Source of the DNA: Octopus vulgaris
Lineage: Eukaryota
Reading direction: 5' to 3'
Assembly (NCBI GenBank): GCA_951406725.2
Contig: OX597817.1
Span: 130,944,001 to 131,008,000, forward strand
Length of the DNA stretch: 64,000 bases
Part shown: positions 27,060 to 38,185 of the stretch, one piece after another
Numbering within the stretch: the stretch's first letter is position 1
Layout: the number at the start of each line of letters is the position of its first letter
Translations under genes and position numbers: made by a program
Notes under the pieces: generated by a model
Databases searched by the model: none
The model's input: only the letters and a program-made list of their open reading frames with translations
What the model was told of the DNA's origin: nothing

Positions 27060-28740
27060 TCATAAGGACATCCCCTTACATAGTAAGGACACCTATATGT
27101 GGCTACTAATCCATAGAACAAATGAATTTATTCGGCGAGTAAGATGGATTGCTTACCATCATGATGCTAAAAAGAAAAATGAATCTCTTGAAACATATGA
27201 AAATAATTATTATCAAAAGATATTCAAAAGTAGAAAAAATCCACCACCACTACCACCAAATCCACTACTAGAAAATTTTGAAAAGTTTTATTTGATCTTA
27301 TTGCTAATGTCAAATTCAAGGAGCACTCACTTAGAAATAACTTACACCTAAGGAAACTAAAGGAATTTATAAAGTCATTGCATAATAAACCAGGAATTCT
27401 AGCCCCAGCTAATAAAACCGGAAACTTATATAGGCTTGACTATACCACTTATAGTAAACTTGTAATGTAGGAACTTAATGCTAAATACAAAATAGCATCG
27501 AAAAAGAATCTATTGGATATTAACTTGAAAATCAATAAGGTTATGATGGAATATGACTCGGTGGACCGGACTGAACCACTAACACCAAGCGAACCTAGAA
27601 TTAACCTGAAAGGCCACAAGAAGAACTTCCAGGATAACCCTACTGTGAGACTTGTATGCCCAACCAAGTCGGATATTGGCCGGCTCAGCAAGTCTGTTAT
27701 TGATAATATTCTAACTCATAATTCCCAACCAATCTCTAAAATTATGGATTGATACCAATTAGGTAATCCAATGGTTCAAATCTATCAACAACAAAAGTAA
27801 TTATTCCGTTATCCAATTTGATATAAATATTTATTATTCAGGTATATCCCCCATCCTCCTTAACAAGTCTCTTATTTTTGCTAAAGATCTCTCTCTCTCT
27901 CTCTCTCTCTCTTATAACTAGAGATAAAATTGATATAATTCTGTTAGCTAGAAGAACTATTATAGAATTTAAAGGCAAATTTTGGACTAGAGTTGATACC
28001 CCAGATAACTTTGGTATACGTATGGGTTCCAGCGACTCGGCTGAGGTCACTAATCTAGTAGGTGCACATCTGTTAAGATGCCTAAATAAAGAAATCTCTT
28101 AATTGCAGGGGAGGTCTATAAAGAGATGATGCCTTATTCATCATCCGTAGCAACAATAAATCAATCATAGAAAGAATGAGAAAGAGAATTAGAAAATTTT
28201 TCAAAAACTTTAACTTAAGTATTACATATGAATATAACACTAAGGTAGTAAACTTTTTAGATACTACTTTAAATATGAACTCTAAATTATACTACCTCTA
28301 TAGGAAAGAAGGTGAGATTACAAGATATGTGAATAAATCATCAAGTCACCCCCCCCCCAATATATTAAAATCAGTAGTTAAAAGCATTTCGAGAAGAATT
28401 ACTAAATTATCGTCAAACAATGAGATTTTTAATTCCCATTCATACCACTGTAATGTTGCCTTGTCTAAAGCAGGATATAACCAATACATTACATTTCTCG
28501 ATCCTGAAAGTTTAACACTTTCAAATAGAGGAACAAATAAGAATAGTTTAAGTAATATAAAGTCTTCAAACTTACATAACTATGAAATAACTCAAACTGA
28601 TAACCTATCCTATAAACCTAACATTAATAACAGAGTACACTCCGAGAATAGTAGACAGGACACAAATAGGAATAAAAAACTTAGGTTAAATAAAATAACT
28701 GTGAATGAAAAAGTAATAGTTGCTCCTCCAGATAAAAGAC

Positions 28741-28745
<5 letters not shown>
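27060..28745 (+). mobile_element. Penelope-like element, decayed RT
   Basis: EFIRRVRW, VRLVCPTKSDIGRLSK, GIRMGSSDSAEV, RDD, VNFLDTTLN, YVNKSSSHPP. Confidence 0.85.
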
Positions 28746-28803
<58 letters not shown>

Positions 28804-30129
28804 GTGTGGCTACAATCCAGTTTATCTCTACTTCTGGGGCGGGGGGGGGGACATTTTAAATTTTTATCCGGGACGTCCTACGTCCCAGATATAAAGGTAA
28901 AAGTAAAATATTTCCACTTTGCAAGGTTCGAGTCGAGTACTCCCTTGCACACTCCGTTGACTCAAACCTTGCTTCTATTGTGAAGAATTTACCGCCTCTG
29001 GTTAGATATCTTTCATAGTCGCACCAAGACACTTTTCGATGGTGCTTTCCTCCAGGTTTTCAAATCTTTTTTTCTTCTCTATATTGTATACTTTATAGAC
29101 AATAGACTTTTCTTTAATTTAATTTTTTATTTCGTTTGGTGGTGTTATCCTAGATTCACCGTCTTTTTCGGTGATCAATCCATATTTCTTCCATTTTAAT
29201 TTCAATGAGTTCGCGCCCGCCGACGGCTGCAGCGACATTCATTTTTGGACTTTCTTCTATCGAAGGCATTCTAACAAAAATGCTTCCGTGTAAACGGTGA
29301 AAATATTGTCAATTTCCCCAAATAGGGACACAATTCAATTTTTAAACAATAACCAAAACTCCTTCTCCCAAATGGGGAGGGTTACAGTTTACAATTATTT
29401 AACAAATGCAACACAAAAATGTTTCCTTTACGCGGAACCAACAATCGTGATAACAATAGTTAAACAGTAATAATAATAACAAAAACCTTACGATAAGTCA
29501 GTAAGCAGTTGAAGCTTTAGTCCTTTATGTATAAGAAATAAACCAACAGCAGTAGGAGCGGCTGTTCGAGAAAACATATTACATACAGCCAAACTTCATA
29601 TAGATACTTAATGCTAGCTAATTAGCAGATAATCTGATGTAAAAGCATAGCTCCATGTGGACTATTCCATTTCTGCACGCTAATTTTATTTTTAATTTAT
29701 TCCCATTCATGTGAAACCACTTATTCAAGTTCAAGTCATTGATGCAATTTTATACCAATTGCTATTTTTACTTTTGATATGTTACGATTATATTATACTT
29801 TAGTTTGATTTTAATTATTACTTACTACATATAATTTAATTGTTATTATTATTTTTCTTGTTAAAGTGAAAGCATCTGACATAAAATAGAGAAATGTTTT
29901 TGTTTCACTTTTAACACGTAATACTGAAATAGTGGAGAAGATATGATATTGCTATGGGCTCGCTCTAGGCAAGAAGTTGAACATGTTATTGCCCATGAAA
30001 CTACATGGACCCCAAGTAAGGCATGTGTAAAATTTGAATGAAATTGGTTGTGTAGTTCTCAAGGTTTAGGGAAACACACAGACAGACAGATATACAGACA
30101 CACATCCTCAGTTTTATATATTTAGAGAT

Positions 30130-30990
30130 ATAAACAGCGTGCGAGCTGAACATGACAGCATTTTGTGTTTCTAGTTTTCGGGGACCACCTGATATATTGG
30201 TGAACAGTCAATGGCTTTGGAGGACATAATTATTAAAGCTGTAGTCTAGAAATCGTTAGCTGACATAAAGTACTGGGAACCATCGAATATTGGAAAAGAG
30301 TTTGTTTATTATGATGAGTAACGCCGAGTATCAAAATACTGACATCATGATTCTTGCACGGTGCTCTATGAACATTGAAGGGCAATGAGGCGTGTCATGG
30401 ACAGCCGCAACGGAGAGTACGAACCATGACCAGCAGGAAGGGATACATCAGGTGTTCTGAGTGCGTCCACGCACCGGAATTTATACCCACATCTTTGAGC
30501 AAAACTTTAGACTGAGTCCAAAGGGCCATGTGAAGCTGTTAGAGACTGTGGTCAAATCCTAGTTAAAGAGGGTAGCTGCTGCAAGGTCATATGTGTGTGG
30601 AAACATGATTCAGTTCCATGCCATATCTCCAGAAAGAGTCTGAAGTGCTTGTCGGAGAATTTCTATGACTTCATCAGCTGCAGTTTCTGACCTCCTAACC
30701 TCCCCGATTGTAATCCCTTTACTTTTGAGTGGGGCACGGTTGAGAATCACACCAACCATGCTGCTTGCAATACCAAGGCAAAGCTGGTGACCAAGATCAC
30801 GGAGATATTGCAAACTCCTCCCAGGGACACAGTGAGCAATGCATGCGTCAGCATCCGGAGCCTCGTTGAGGTCATGGTGGAAGATGAGGAGGAGGAAGGT
30901 ACTTTGAGAAAACCTTATTATAAAAATGATATATTTTGGTCTTAACAATTGTTTTAGTTTTGGATATTTTGCGAAAACTTTCAAACTTAG
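30130..30990 (+). mobile_element. Tc1/mariner-superfamily relic
   Basis: Degenerate (W)PPNLPDCNP motif near 30690; related copy at 50830-51425. Confidence 0.55.
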
Positions 30991-31351
30991 TCCGATCACA
31001 CTCACACACGTGCGCGCGCACACACACATACACACATATACACACGCACACCCAGACACACATGCAAAACACACACGCACGCATGCAAACACACGCGCAC
31101 ATAGACATACATTATACATACATACATACATACGTATGTATATACATATATATATATATATAATAATAATAAATATTAGGGAATAAATCCAAATTTACAG
31201 GGAAAAATCAGATTTAGGATTGAATCCAATTTTATAGTAAAATATAATATAATATTAATTAGAGACAAAACCACTATTATGCAAATCAAACGAAGAACGA
31301 CTTAATCCAATACATTAAAAAATTCATATAAATTAAATATAATTAAGATAT

Positions 31352-31397
31352 CCACTACGATCGTTTCTTGTCACTTCTATGGACATTCATCAGGTGG
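31352..31397 (-). ncRNA. Type I hammerhead ribozyme motif (intact minus arm of palindrome 31247-31592)
   Basis: ccac-CTGATGA-a-tgtc...gaca-a-GAAA-cgatcg-TA-gtgg. Perfect stem I, palindromic stem III and a GUA triplet. Confidence 0.7.
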
Positions 31398-31442
31398 TGT
31401 CTAGACCTTCTTTGCAAGTTTTAAACTATGAAGGTCTTGAAA

Positions 31443-31488
31443 CCACCTGATGAATGTCCATAGAATTAACAAGAAACGATCGTAGTAG
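31443..31488 (+). ncRNA. Hammerhead motif with stem mismatches (plus arm)
   Basis: ccac-CTGATGA-atgtc...taaca-a-GAAA-cgatcg-TA-gtag. Stems I and II each carry a mismatch. Confidence 0.5.
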
Positions 31489-31580
31489 ATATCTTAATTA
31501 TATTTAATTTATATAAAATTTTTATGTATTGGATTAAGTCTTTCTTTGTTTGATTTGCATAATAGTGGTTTTGTCTCTAA

Positions 31581-31614
<34 letters not shown>

Positions 31615-31679
31615 GTATATATATGTGTATATATATAGAGAGAGAGAGTGAGAGAGAGAGATAATATATTTCTGAACCT

Positions 31680-33814
31680 CTCAAAGAGAGAAATACAGTA
31701 AATGCACAATAAAGTGATGACTGATTGCCAACATAATGTGGCTTTCCCAGCATGGGAGGAATGCTACTGTTACTTAGCCCCATGAAACTTCGATTCTAGC
31801 TGGCTATACGAGACAAATATTCTGTGTCCCTATATTTTCGAACAGGGCAGATCTGACCCCCCCCCCAAGTAGCAAGCCAGAAAACGATCAAAGAGTTTAT
31901 GCCACCGATGCAAATGCTACTGAATTGGCAGAGGAACCAGAGGACATCACCCACACTGCGTTTTTCAAACTTTGACAAGTAGATCCATTTGCTCAAACCT
32001 TGTTGCATCCTCAGGTACCATCCTACATCACCTGGAACAAGAAAACATGGATGCATAAAATTTGACTATTGCCTGGGGAGAGTTTTCACAGTACATCTCA
32101 GCCAACACGAGTATTTCTATCTCTCTCTGAAACTGCATGGGGATAGATGACCAACGTGTTTCCAAGACCTAAAAATTGTTGATGGACAACTTTGTGCTAC
32201 ATATAGGGAAGTCTGCTTAAAACACGGACTGCTAGAAAATGAAACACAGTGGGATGCAACTCTGGCAGAAGCTGGTACCACAGTCACCTAGAAGTCTCAG
32301 GGTAATGTCTACAGTATCATTGCAAACATGGGATCTGTGTAATTCTGCCTCTTTGTGGATCAAGTGCAGAGATGACCTGTCTGAAGTTCTGAAGCATCAA
32401 GTACAATTGCAGTTTCCTGTCATGGAAGTAGGTTCCAGTCACGAAGTCTAAAATAGAGCAATAATTGACCTAGAAGAGAAGATTGTTTTAATGGGTGGAA
32501 ATGTTTTGCCAACACATGGCCTGCCCCAAACAGGGTCAAGCACTCTTCCCACAGATCCTACAAGAAACATCCTATGGCATTGATGTACATGCCAGATATA
32601 TCAATGAAACTGAGCCCAAACTACTTTCGGACCAGCAATGCGCTTCCAACACCATTGGAGCCTCCAGTATACTGGAGCCTCTTGAACTATCTCCTCTTAG
32701 ATTGGAACTTAAAGTGGGAACTCCAGTAATGCTATTGAGGAATTTCGATCCACCAACACTCTGCAATGGGATACGCCTTGTGGTAAAGAATATGATGCCA
32801 CATGTTATTGAGGCCACCATTCTGTCTGAATGTGGAAATGGAAAGGATGTTTTGGTACCCAGGATTCCTCCTATTTTATCGGGAACAGAAATTCAATTTT
32901 CGTTCAGAAGGATGCAATTTCTCATTCGGGTCCGCTTCGCAATGTCTATAAATAAACTCCAGATTAAGACACTGTCTGTGGCAGGACTTTATTGGGAAGA
33001 CTCGTGCTTCTCACAGGCAGTTATATGTTGGCCTCTCTACAGTGGAAAGCAAAGCAAAAATCTGTTTGCATACTTTCCACAAGGAAAATATTGATTACCA
33101 AGAGGTTTTGTAGGAATTACTACCTCTTACGATTCGCTCCAGTATCCAATGTTCTTAGCGAATGAGGAAGAGGGATACTACTTCGGAATTCAACAGGTTA
33201 ATACCAACAATCCCGAAGACCTGACCAACAAAGCAGTTTCCTGTATGGACCTCCGTATCAAATTATATTCTCCAATTACTCCCACCAACCACGTGGAAAG
33301 CCATTTTGCCTTATTTTCTCATGTAATTCATTACTACATATTCTCATGTGATTGCATAGTCTCGGCTTATGTTTCTTATTCTACATCCACCCAAACAAGC
33401 CAATGTCAACCCTTTGTCTTCTTCAACACTTCAATAGTTCGTTTCACCGTTGCCGTCTCCTGTTGCAGCTCCTTTCCGAAATGCAACCATTGACATACGA
33501 TGTCTACATTACACTTACATTCATCCAACTGTCAACCATACTATGGGTTGTGGGAGCTGCAACACCGGCAGCCGCAAAGGAGAGTATATCCCCTGGCATA
33601 CCCACTCACCACCCATTTTCCATGAGAGGTTAGGGCCTGAAGTCCTCCATACGGACTCATGACATGTCGCTTAGTTGAATTAGCCCATCATTTACTTCAC
33701 AAATGTTTTGTCTTCAATGCTATACTTCACCGCATCAAATGGTTGAACATAACTGCAATATATTTACTAACTATGCTAGTTTAATCCCGATCAATGCCGG
33801 ATATCTCTGCTAAT
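31680..33814 (+). mobile_element. Helitron fragment (Rep/PIF1 helicase relic with 3' hairpin)
   Basis: LELKVGTPVMLLRNFDPPTLCNGIRL...QFLIRVRFAMSINKLQ. 3' hairpin cccgatcaatgccgga followed by ctaat, a CTAG-like end. Confidence 0.85.
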
Positions 33815-33844
33815 CTATAGATAAATCACACATTTCTCTTACAG

Positions 33845-33922
33845 CTGTTCGGTCTGGTGCCATATACACACAGTGGGGAAAACGAAATTGCACTTCTAGA
33901 AGATCTACCCAAGTCTATTCAG
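33845..33922 (+). CDS. Coding exon 3 of C4-like gene (AVRSGAIYTQWGKRNCTSRRSTQVYS)
   Basis: Acceptor catttctcttacag, donor AG|GTAAGC, phase 1-1. YxxWGxxxC is the typical start of the short-chain collagen C4 domain. Confidence 0.88.
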
Positions 33923-34334
33923 GTAAGCATATATAATGCTTCACCTCAACATTGGTTATTTATGTCTCGAGAATTTTCACACTACAACACAACACACGTC
34001 TAGATTAATAAACGTTACAAATAGTTTACCAAGAATAAAACTCGAGACATGGATTTTACTCAAAATACTATTTTTTTTTAACAACTTTTGATTCGTCTTC
34101 TGAAAAGAAATAAGTGAAAAATGTAATTAATCAACTCTTATTTAATTCACTAGAACCTTTGTTTGTTGACGATAATTGATGAATGTTAATTAGATTTGAT
34201 CGCTAAAGTGGAACAATTGTTCTCCATTTCACTCATTTATTTGATTCATTAGATAATTCAATTAGATTTATAGATGTTATTTCATTCATTAGATAATTCA
34301 AAAATTAACACTGAAATCGCATATTTGTTGACAG

Positions 34335-34840
34335 GTGTAGCTGGCGGAACATATTACTCACACTCTGGAGGCGCAAGCAACTATTTGTGCTTAACAATAA
34401 ACCCTCAATGGGGCAATTACACAAAGAGTAATGAGGCATACACCGGCTCTATATACGGTGTCGAATATCAAGTATCATCATATGCGAAAAGTAATACATT
34501 TGGAATGTTTGCACCTAAACCATACACTTTGCAAAATCAGGATGTCCCTTGTGCAGTCTGTGAAACTAACAAACCTGCTTCGGTATTGATGATTCCAGGT
34601 CGAAAAGAATGTGTGGGTAAATGGAAAATGGAGTATTCAGGTTATTTGATGACAGAATATTATAAGAGTGCAGGTAGAACTGAATATATATGTGTCGACA
34701 AAGAAGCTGAAGCTGATACCAAAGGATACGAAAACAAGAATGGTGCTCTGTTATACCACGTACAAGCTATGGTTGGTTCATTGCCAAGTCCTCCATACGA
34801 GAACTATAGAGAGATAACATGTGTTGTGTGTAGTAAATAG
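34335..34840 (+). CDS. Coding exon 4 (terminal) of short-chain collagen C4-like protein
   Basis: Acceptor tttgttgacag. Reads GVAGGTYYSHSGGASNYLCL...DVPCAVC...MIPGRKEC...EYSGYLM...YICVD...LPSPPYENYREITCVVCSK*, matching motifs of the sponge/mollusc short-chain collagen C4-like family. No internal stops. Confidence 0.92.
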
Positions 34841-34934
34841 TCAGGTTTATTTCTTCCTGAAATTTATACTTACATTGACTTACATTTAATGCAACGATAA
34901 CAATTTAATATATAGATTCGGGGGATTACATAAA

Positions 34935-35086
<152 letters not shown>

Positions 35087-35134
35087 TATATATTATATAT
35101 ATATATATATAGTATATGTATGTATACACACACA

Positions 35135-35197
<63 letters not shown>

Positions 35198-36579
35198 TAT
35201 GATATATATGTCTATATGCAAACTTTCTGTATGCTTTCGGTGCGAATGGTTTTTTTTAACCTGTAAGTAATAATAATGGTATTTTTATATAACCTTAAAG
35301 CTTATGGCGATCACCATGAAACTTTAAGCTTATATAGAAATATCATTATTACTATTTACAAGATTGTAAATCACGGCGCCGTATTAAAAACCATTCGCAC
35401 CGAAAGTATATATAATATATGTGCATATAAAAAAAATATATATATAATACATATACATACAGAATATATATGTATATATACATATAATATATATGTGTGT
35501 GTGTGCATGTGTGTATACATAAATAAATATAGGGATAAAAGTAAGATGAGCAGCACGGGTGTATGGAAACTAATCTGATCCATTAGAGAGAAAAACCATA
35601 AATATACAACGGAGTGGGAAATAATGAGTATAGCTACAACGTACCGTGCATGTGGATGTAGCTGTGAGTTATGTATATAGGGAATCTACCAAATATTCAT
35701 ATCGAGACACAAATTACTTAACACCAGGCTCGAACAGGCCTTAAGATGCTTGCATTAACATACCAAAAGATTTAAGAAAAGTTCGAGGTAACTCAATGTT
35801 ACATACAGTTGTATGTGAAAAGAAGGAGAGAAGAACATATCCTCAATTCAAAATATCCAAGGCCCTTCATAACCTACCAAACATATATACTATACATCTT
35901 ATACTACCAAGCATAAAGTACACAGTCAATAGATATGTGAATAAAAACATTACATGACAAGTACTACACTTGAGTATAAGATTGTCAATTAGCCAACTAC
36001 TACAATTTATAATCAGGCATGCCAAAACAATAATATCAACCTTGACCTAGTTAGACAGAACCCTGACTTCGGACAGTAACCGATGTGGAACAGGTGTCAA
36101 CTCCACAAGCTTACAAACAGATCAGATTTCAGTTTGAAAACAACCGCCCCTACTTTCCCCTGAACCCTAACTAACCAACACACTAAGTAACTAACACACT
36201 AACTAACTAACTAACTAACTAACTGTATTTAGTTTGCTTAAAAATTAACCAAATGGACAGACCTGGAAAAAGTTGCACAGAAAATAATGCCCGGTTGCGT
36301 GTGCAACTGTCTGTATTTTGTCCAGTGGAAACATATGTAGATCATAACAAGCCTAAAAATAGGCTGTTTGAAATTATAAAATGAGGGAATAAATCTTGAG
36401 TATGAAAAAGTCTCCATAATCGCTATCATTATTGATTTGATATATATATACATATATATATATATAAATATATATATAATAATAAATATTAGGGAATGAA
36501 TCCAAAATTACAGGGAAAAATCAGATTTAGGGTTAAATCCAATTTTATAGTAAAATAGTGGTTTTGTCTCGAATTATAT

Positions 36580-36638
<59 letters not shown>

Positions 36639-36944
36639 GTGTGTATGTATGTATGTGTGTGTAGAAGGTTGAAAAGGAACACACAAGTTGATATATATGG
36701 AAAAAAGTCAAGGAAGAAAATGATAAAATAATTTTGTAAAAAGCATTTCAGTACCGGTTTCAGCCATTGAGACTTTTTCAACTGTAAGTATGGAAAACAA
36801 TTAAATTTAGGAAAAATTAAAAGAAAAGTTTTTAAAAGAATATTTGCATAGTGTTCAAATAAAAGTGGCATTTTCCTTGTTTCTGCCTGTCTCTGTGTCT
36901 CTTGTTTATTCTTGTGGGTTCGAGGTCGTTGTGATTTCTTGGCA

Positions 36945-37130
36945 GGGAAGAAGAATGAGAAGAAGAAGAAGAAGAAGAAGAAGAAGAAGAAGAAGAAGAA
37001 GAAGAAGAAGAAGAAGAAGAAGAAGAAGAAGAAGAAGAAGAAGAAGAAGAAGAAGAAGAAGAAGGAGAAGAAGAAGAAGAAGAAGAAGAAAAGAAAAAGA
37101 AAAAGGAGGAGGAAGAGAAGAAGAATAAGG
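36945..37130. repeat. (AAG)n microsatellite
   Basis: About 40 AAG units; produces spurious poly-R/K/L ORFs. Confidence 0.95.
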
Positions 37131-37399
37131 AAGTGCCATGATAATAGTAGGATGTTAAATGGTCAAGTGCCCTGAAAGTGACTTGTAATGATCGAATTCT
37201 TGAGACATCTCTTTTGAATGTATTGTTTATAAAATTTGGGTACGTGTTATTCTAATCAGCAACAATAGTGGTAAAGTTAGGAAGGAGGTGGCGAAGAGGA
37301 AGAAGACGACGAAAAAGAAGGAGAAAGAGAAGGGAGAATATAGGTGGTATGATAGTAATAGGTTGATAAATGGTCAAGTGACCTAAAGGTGATTCGTTA

Positions 37400-38185
37400 A
37401 AGATTATAGCAGTGATTCGGACTGTTTTTTAAATGAATTCTTGGGAATCACTTGAGTGTATCATTTTTAATATTCGTGTGTGTATTTGTGTTATTGTAAG
37501 GCCGTTGTGGATATGTCGTTTGTCATAGACGTGTTCAGAAGGGGCCTCTATTTTGTAATAAAGAGAGTCTCTTTACTAATTCGTTGGCTACAGGTTGTAT
37601 CGACCCTGAATTGGCAGAGAAGAAACATTCTGAAGATTGGATTTTTGTTGTTGGCGGAAATGTCGATGTGCTGGCTGAATGCTATTTTTCTGTTCTGGGG
37701 AATTATGATCTAGGATCTGTGTAGAACCATCCTTTTACGTAGACTGTTTTTTTGCTCTTGACACCCAGAGCAGGTTAGTGTGTATATCAGGTTCTTCGAC
37801 GCACATGTGAAAATTGCTTTTCACTGTAAAACGTTGTCCCTATTTGAAGGAGAACTCTGATCTCTCAATTAAATTGACGCATATCCCACAGTTAGGTCTT
37901 CCGCATTTTTTTACCGACAGTTTCTGTGTTGTTGTTGAGCGTATTCGGGCTTGTGTTAGGAGACTTTTCATAGATTTAGGTTGTCCCTTGCTTTTTATGA
38001 TGGTGTGCGTATGGCGAATTAAATTAATTCTGTGGTCCTTTTTTAGTAGGGGAATGTTTTGAAGAATGGTGTCGAAGGCTACATTGTTAAGATGGTTGTG
38101 TGTAGAGAGGTATGTTAGGGCTTTTGGTTGTAAATCCTTCTTTAATTTGGGATGTCTGAGTTCGTGGATGTTGAGCTGAAGGACA
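37400..38185 (-). mobile_element. Penelope-like element 3' part (GIY-YIG region)
   Basis: KKCGRPNCGIC...FTCASKNLIYTLTCSGCQE... typical of the PLE linker and endonuclease. Confidence 0.75.

Larger units (their letters stand above)
31247..31592. repeat. Long imperfect palindrome (~165-bp arms)
   Basis: attaattagagacaaaaccactattatgc...agaccttc pairs with gaaggtct...gcataatagtggttttgtctctaattaat. Confidence 0.92.

Noticed and set aside
34274-34334. ATG at 34274 as the start of the C4 protein
   Set aside because: It is intronic. The domain's N-terminal motif lies in the exon at 33845-33922, and a good acceptor precedes 34335.
36844-37175. Poly-Arg/Lys/Leu ORFs resembling protamine
   Set aside because: They come from the (AAG)n microsatellite.
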